Assembly: GCA_002256025.1 (NCBI GenBank)
Contig: NKIB01013060.1
Coordinates: 44,787 to 64,786 of the forward strand
DNA: 20,000 nucleotides
DNA from: Asterionella formosa
Lineage: Eukaryota
Direction: 5' to 3'
Part shown: positions 18,703 to 20,000 of the stretch, piece after piece
Layout of the letters: the number at the start of each line of letters is the position of its first letter
How positions within the stretch are numbered: position 1 is the first letter of the stretch
Notes under the pieces: generated by a model
The model's input: only the letters and a program-made list of their open reading frames with translations
The model's database searches: none
Told to the model about the DNA's origin: nothing
Program-made: the position numbers and the translations under genes

Positions 18703-20000
18703 GGGTCGTTCTTATCATTTTTTTTCGTGTATCACGGAATTTGAATTTTTTTGAAAATGTATCAGCAACGGTAACTCGATTTGAACTGAATTTCATTCAT
18801 TCCAAAAGTGTCACTGTATCACTAATTTGTGATCACATTGTATCATGGAGTAAAATGAATCTTCAACGGCAACAGGCTGGCGAAGATCATGTGTATATCC
18901 CTCCAGAATATAATGATGGTCTTGATATCAAGCAACAACAAAATATAATTACCGGGAAACTAAATATAATATTAAAAACACACATTTGCATGAATCATGT
19001 CGTCGCCATTTGATTTACTTGATGATAATGACGATGACAGTAGTGATCTTGATTTCTTCTTCCTCTGTCATTTAACTAAGGAAGCAGAGGAAAAAGAACA
19101 CTCATCCAAACGACAAAGGCGACGCTGTAAACGGCAGCTTCAGTCATCTGAACGACGACGACAACGAAGGCACAAGTGGCACCACGAAAGAATCTCCTGG
19201 CAATCACATGTCGAGAAACTCAATCACGAGATTGCTTTCGAGAAGACATACAGAATGTCACACAGAGCATTCAAAAAACTCACCTCCATGCTGGAAATTC
19301 AGATTGCAGGGAATTATTCCAAATGTGGCACTTCTGAGCCCATAATTCCCGAAATTGTGGTAGCCATTGGTTTGCGAGGGCTGGCTGGTGGCAGTTACAT
19401 CGACATTCGTCATGCCTACGGTTGTAGCATTGCTTCACTTTATCGATGTCGTGATTTGTTCATTGATGCTGTACTAAACTGTGAAGAACTCGAAATTATT
19501 TTTCCAAAAGAAAAAGAAGAATTTATCAAATTGGCTTCCAGCTTTGAATGCAAAAGCTCAGAGGGCGTGATGAGAGGATGTGTTGGTGCTATTGACGGCT
19601 TCCTTGCCACCATCAACCGCCCGACTATAGTTGAAAGTGGCAACAACCCTGGTTCATTTTTTTCCGGTCACTACATGACTTATGGAATCAATGTCCAGGC
19701 TGTTTGTGATGCTGACTCAAGATTTATTTATTTTGGTGTAATTGCACCGGGAAAATGCAGTGACCAAGTAGCTTTTGAAAAAACTTCCATTTTCGATCAA
19801 GTTGCAGCATTCAACACAGGTTTTTATCTGGTCGGCGATGCAGCTTACACATTGTCTGATGTAATGCTTGTTCCCTTTGTTGGCTCACAACGTGATGATC
19901 CAACACAGGATACATTTAACTTTTTCCTTTCACAGCTAAGGATAAGAATAGAAATGGCATTTGGTCTTCTTCAGACAAAATGGTGTGTTCTGAAAAAAAA
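18703..20000 (+). mobile_element. PIF/Harbinger DNA transposon (left part; boundary inferred)
   Basis: Contains a Harbinger transposase. The candidate left end TTA|GGGTCGTTCTTATC fits a TWA target site and G-rich terminus. Subterminal TGTATCA repeats follow. The right end is outside the window. Confidence 0.6.
18997..20000 (+). CDS. PIF/Harbinger (IS5-like, DDE_Tnp_4) transposase, 3' end outside window
   Basis: Manual translation from the ATG at 18997 is open for 334 codons to the edge: FEKTYRMSHRAFKKL, IGLRGLAGGSYIDI (HTH), CVGAIDG (D1), FFSGHYMTYGINVQAVCDADSRF, APGKCSD, YLVGDAAY (D2), FNFFLSQLRIRIEMAFGLLQTKW (E). Confidence 0.95.
   Translation, partial: MSSPFDLLDDNDDDSSDLDFFFLCHLTKEAEEKEHSSKRQRRRCKRQLQSSERRRQRRHKWHHERISWQSHVEKLNHEIAFEKTYRMSHRAFKKLTSMLEIQIAGNYSKCGTSEPIIPEIVVAIGLRGLAGGSYIDIRHAYGCSIASLYRCRDLFIDAVLNCEELEIIFPKEKEEFIKLASSFECKSSEGVMRGCVGAIDGFLATINRPTIVESGNNPGSFFSGHYMTYGINVQAVCDADSRFIYFGVIAPGKCSDQVAFEKTSIFDQVAAFNTGFYLVGDAAYTLSDVMLVPFVGSQRDDPTQDTFNFFLSQLRIRIEMAFGLLQTKWCVLKK

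Noticed and set aside
18615..19013. 132-aa ORF as the Harbinger Myb/SANT partner gene
   Set aside because: No Trp-spaced Myb/trihelix pattern, AT-rich composition, and it crosses the inferred element boundary at 18703.
19993..20000. Poly-A tail of a retro-insertion
   Set aside because: The A-run is in-frame Lys codons of the transposase, cut by the window edge.

Overview
Gene-dense eukaryotic nuclear DNA, almost certainly from a diatom or related stramenopile. Evidence: short GT-AG introns, bipartite 'signal peptide + F' plastid presequences and a DUF6824-type gene. From 1 to ~16100 there are eight host genes: a mid-SUN-domain protein (-, runs off the left edge, missed by the ORF track), a MORN-repeat protein, a 3-exon plastid-targeted membrane protein, Prp3, a 2-exon DUF6824 protein, plastid IF3 with a poly-Asp tail, a 2-exon type II dihydroorotase and a PAP/fibrillin. 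From ~16350 the window is transposon-derived: a decayed TIR-bounded region, then an uninterrupted PIF/Harbinger transposase ORF that runs off the right edge (also missed by the ORF track). Non-coding structure read by eye: (1) three dispersed copies of a ~91-bp hairpin/MITE-like element, (2) GTAC/CCWGG/ACCGGT palindrome clusters concentrated upstream of gene starts, (3) a 20-bp tandem array followed by a decayed MORN paralogue, and (4) TGTATCA subterminal repeats at the putative Harbinger end. I found no CRISPR array or RNA gene and cannot claim a confirmed novel system. All homology calls come from motif recognition, not database searches.
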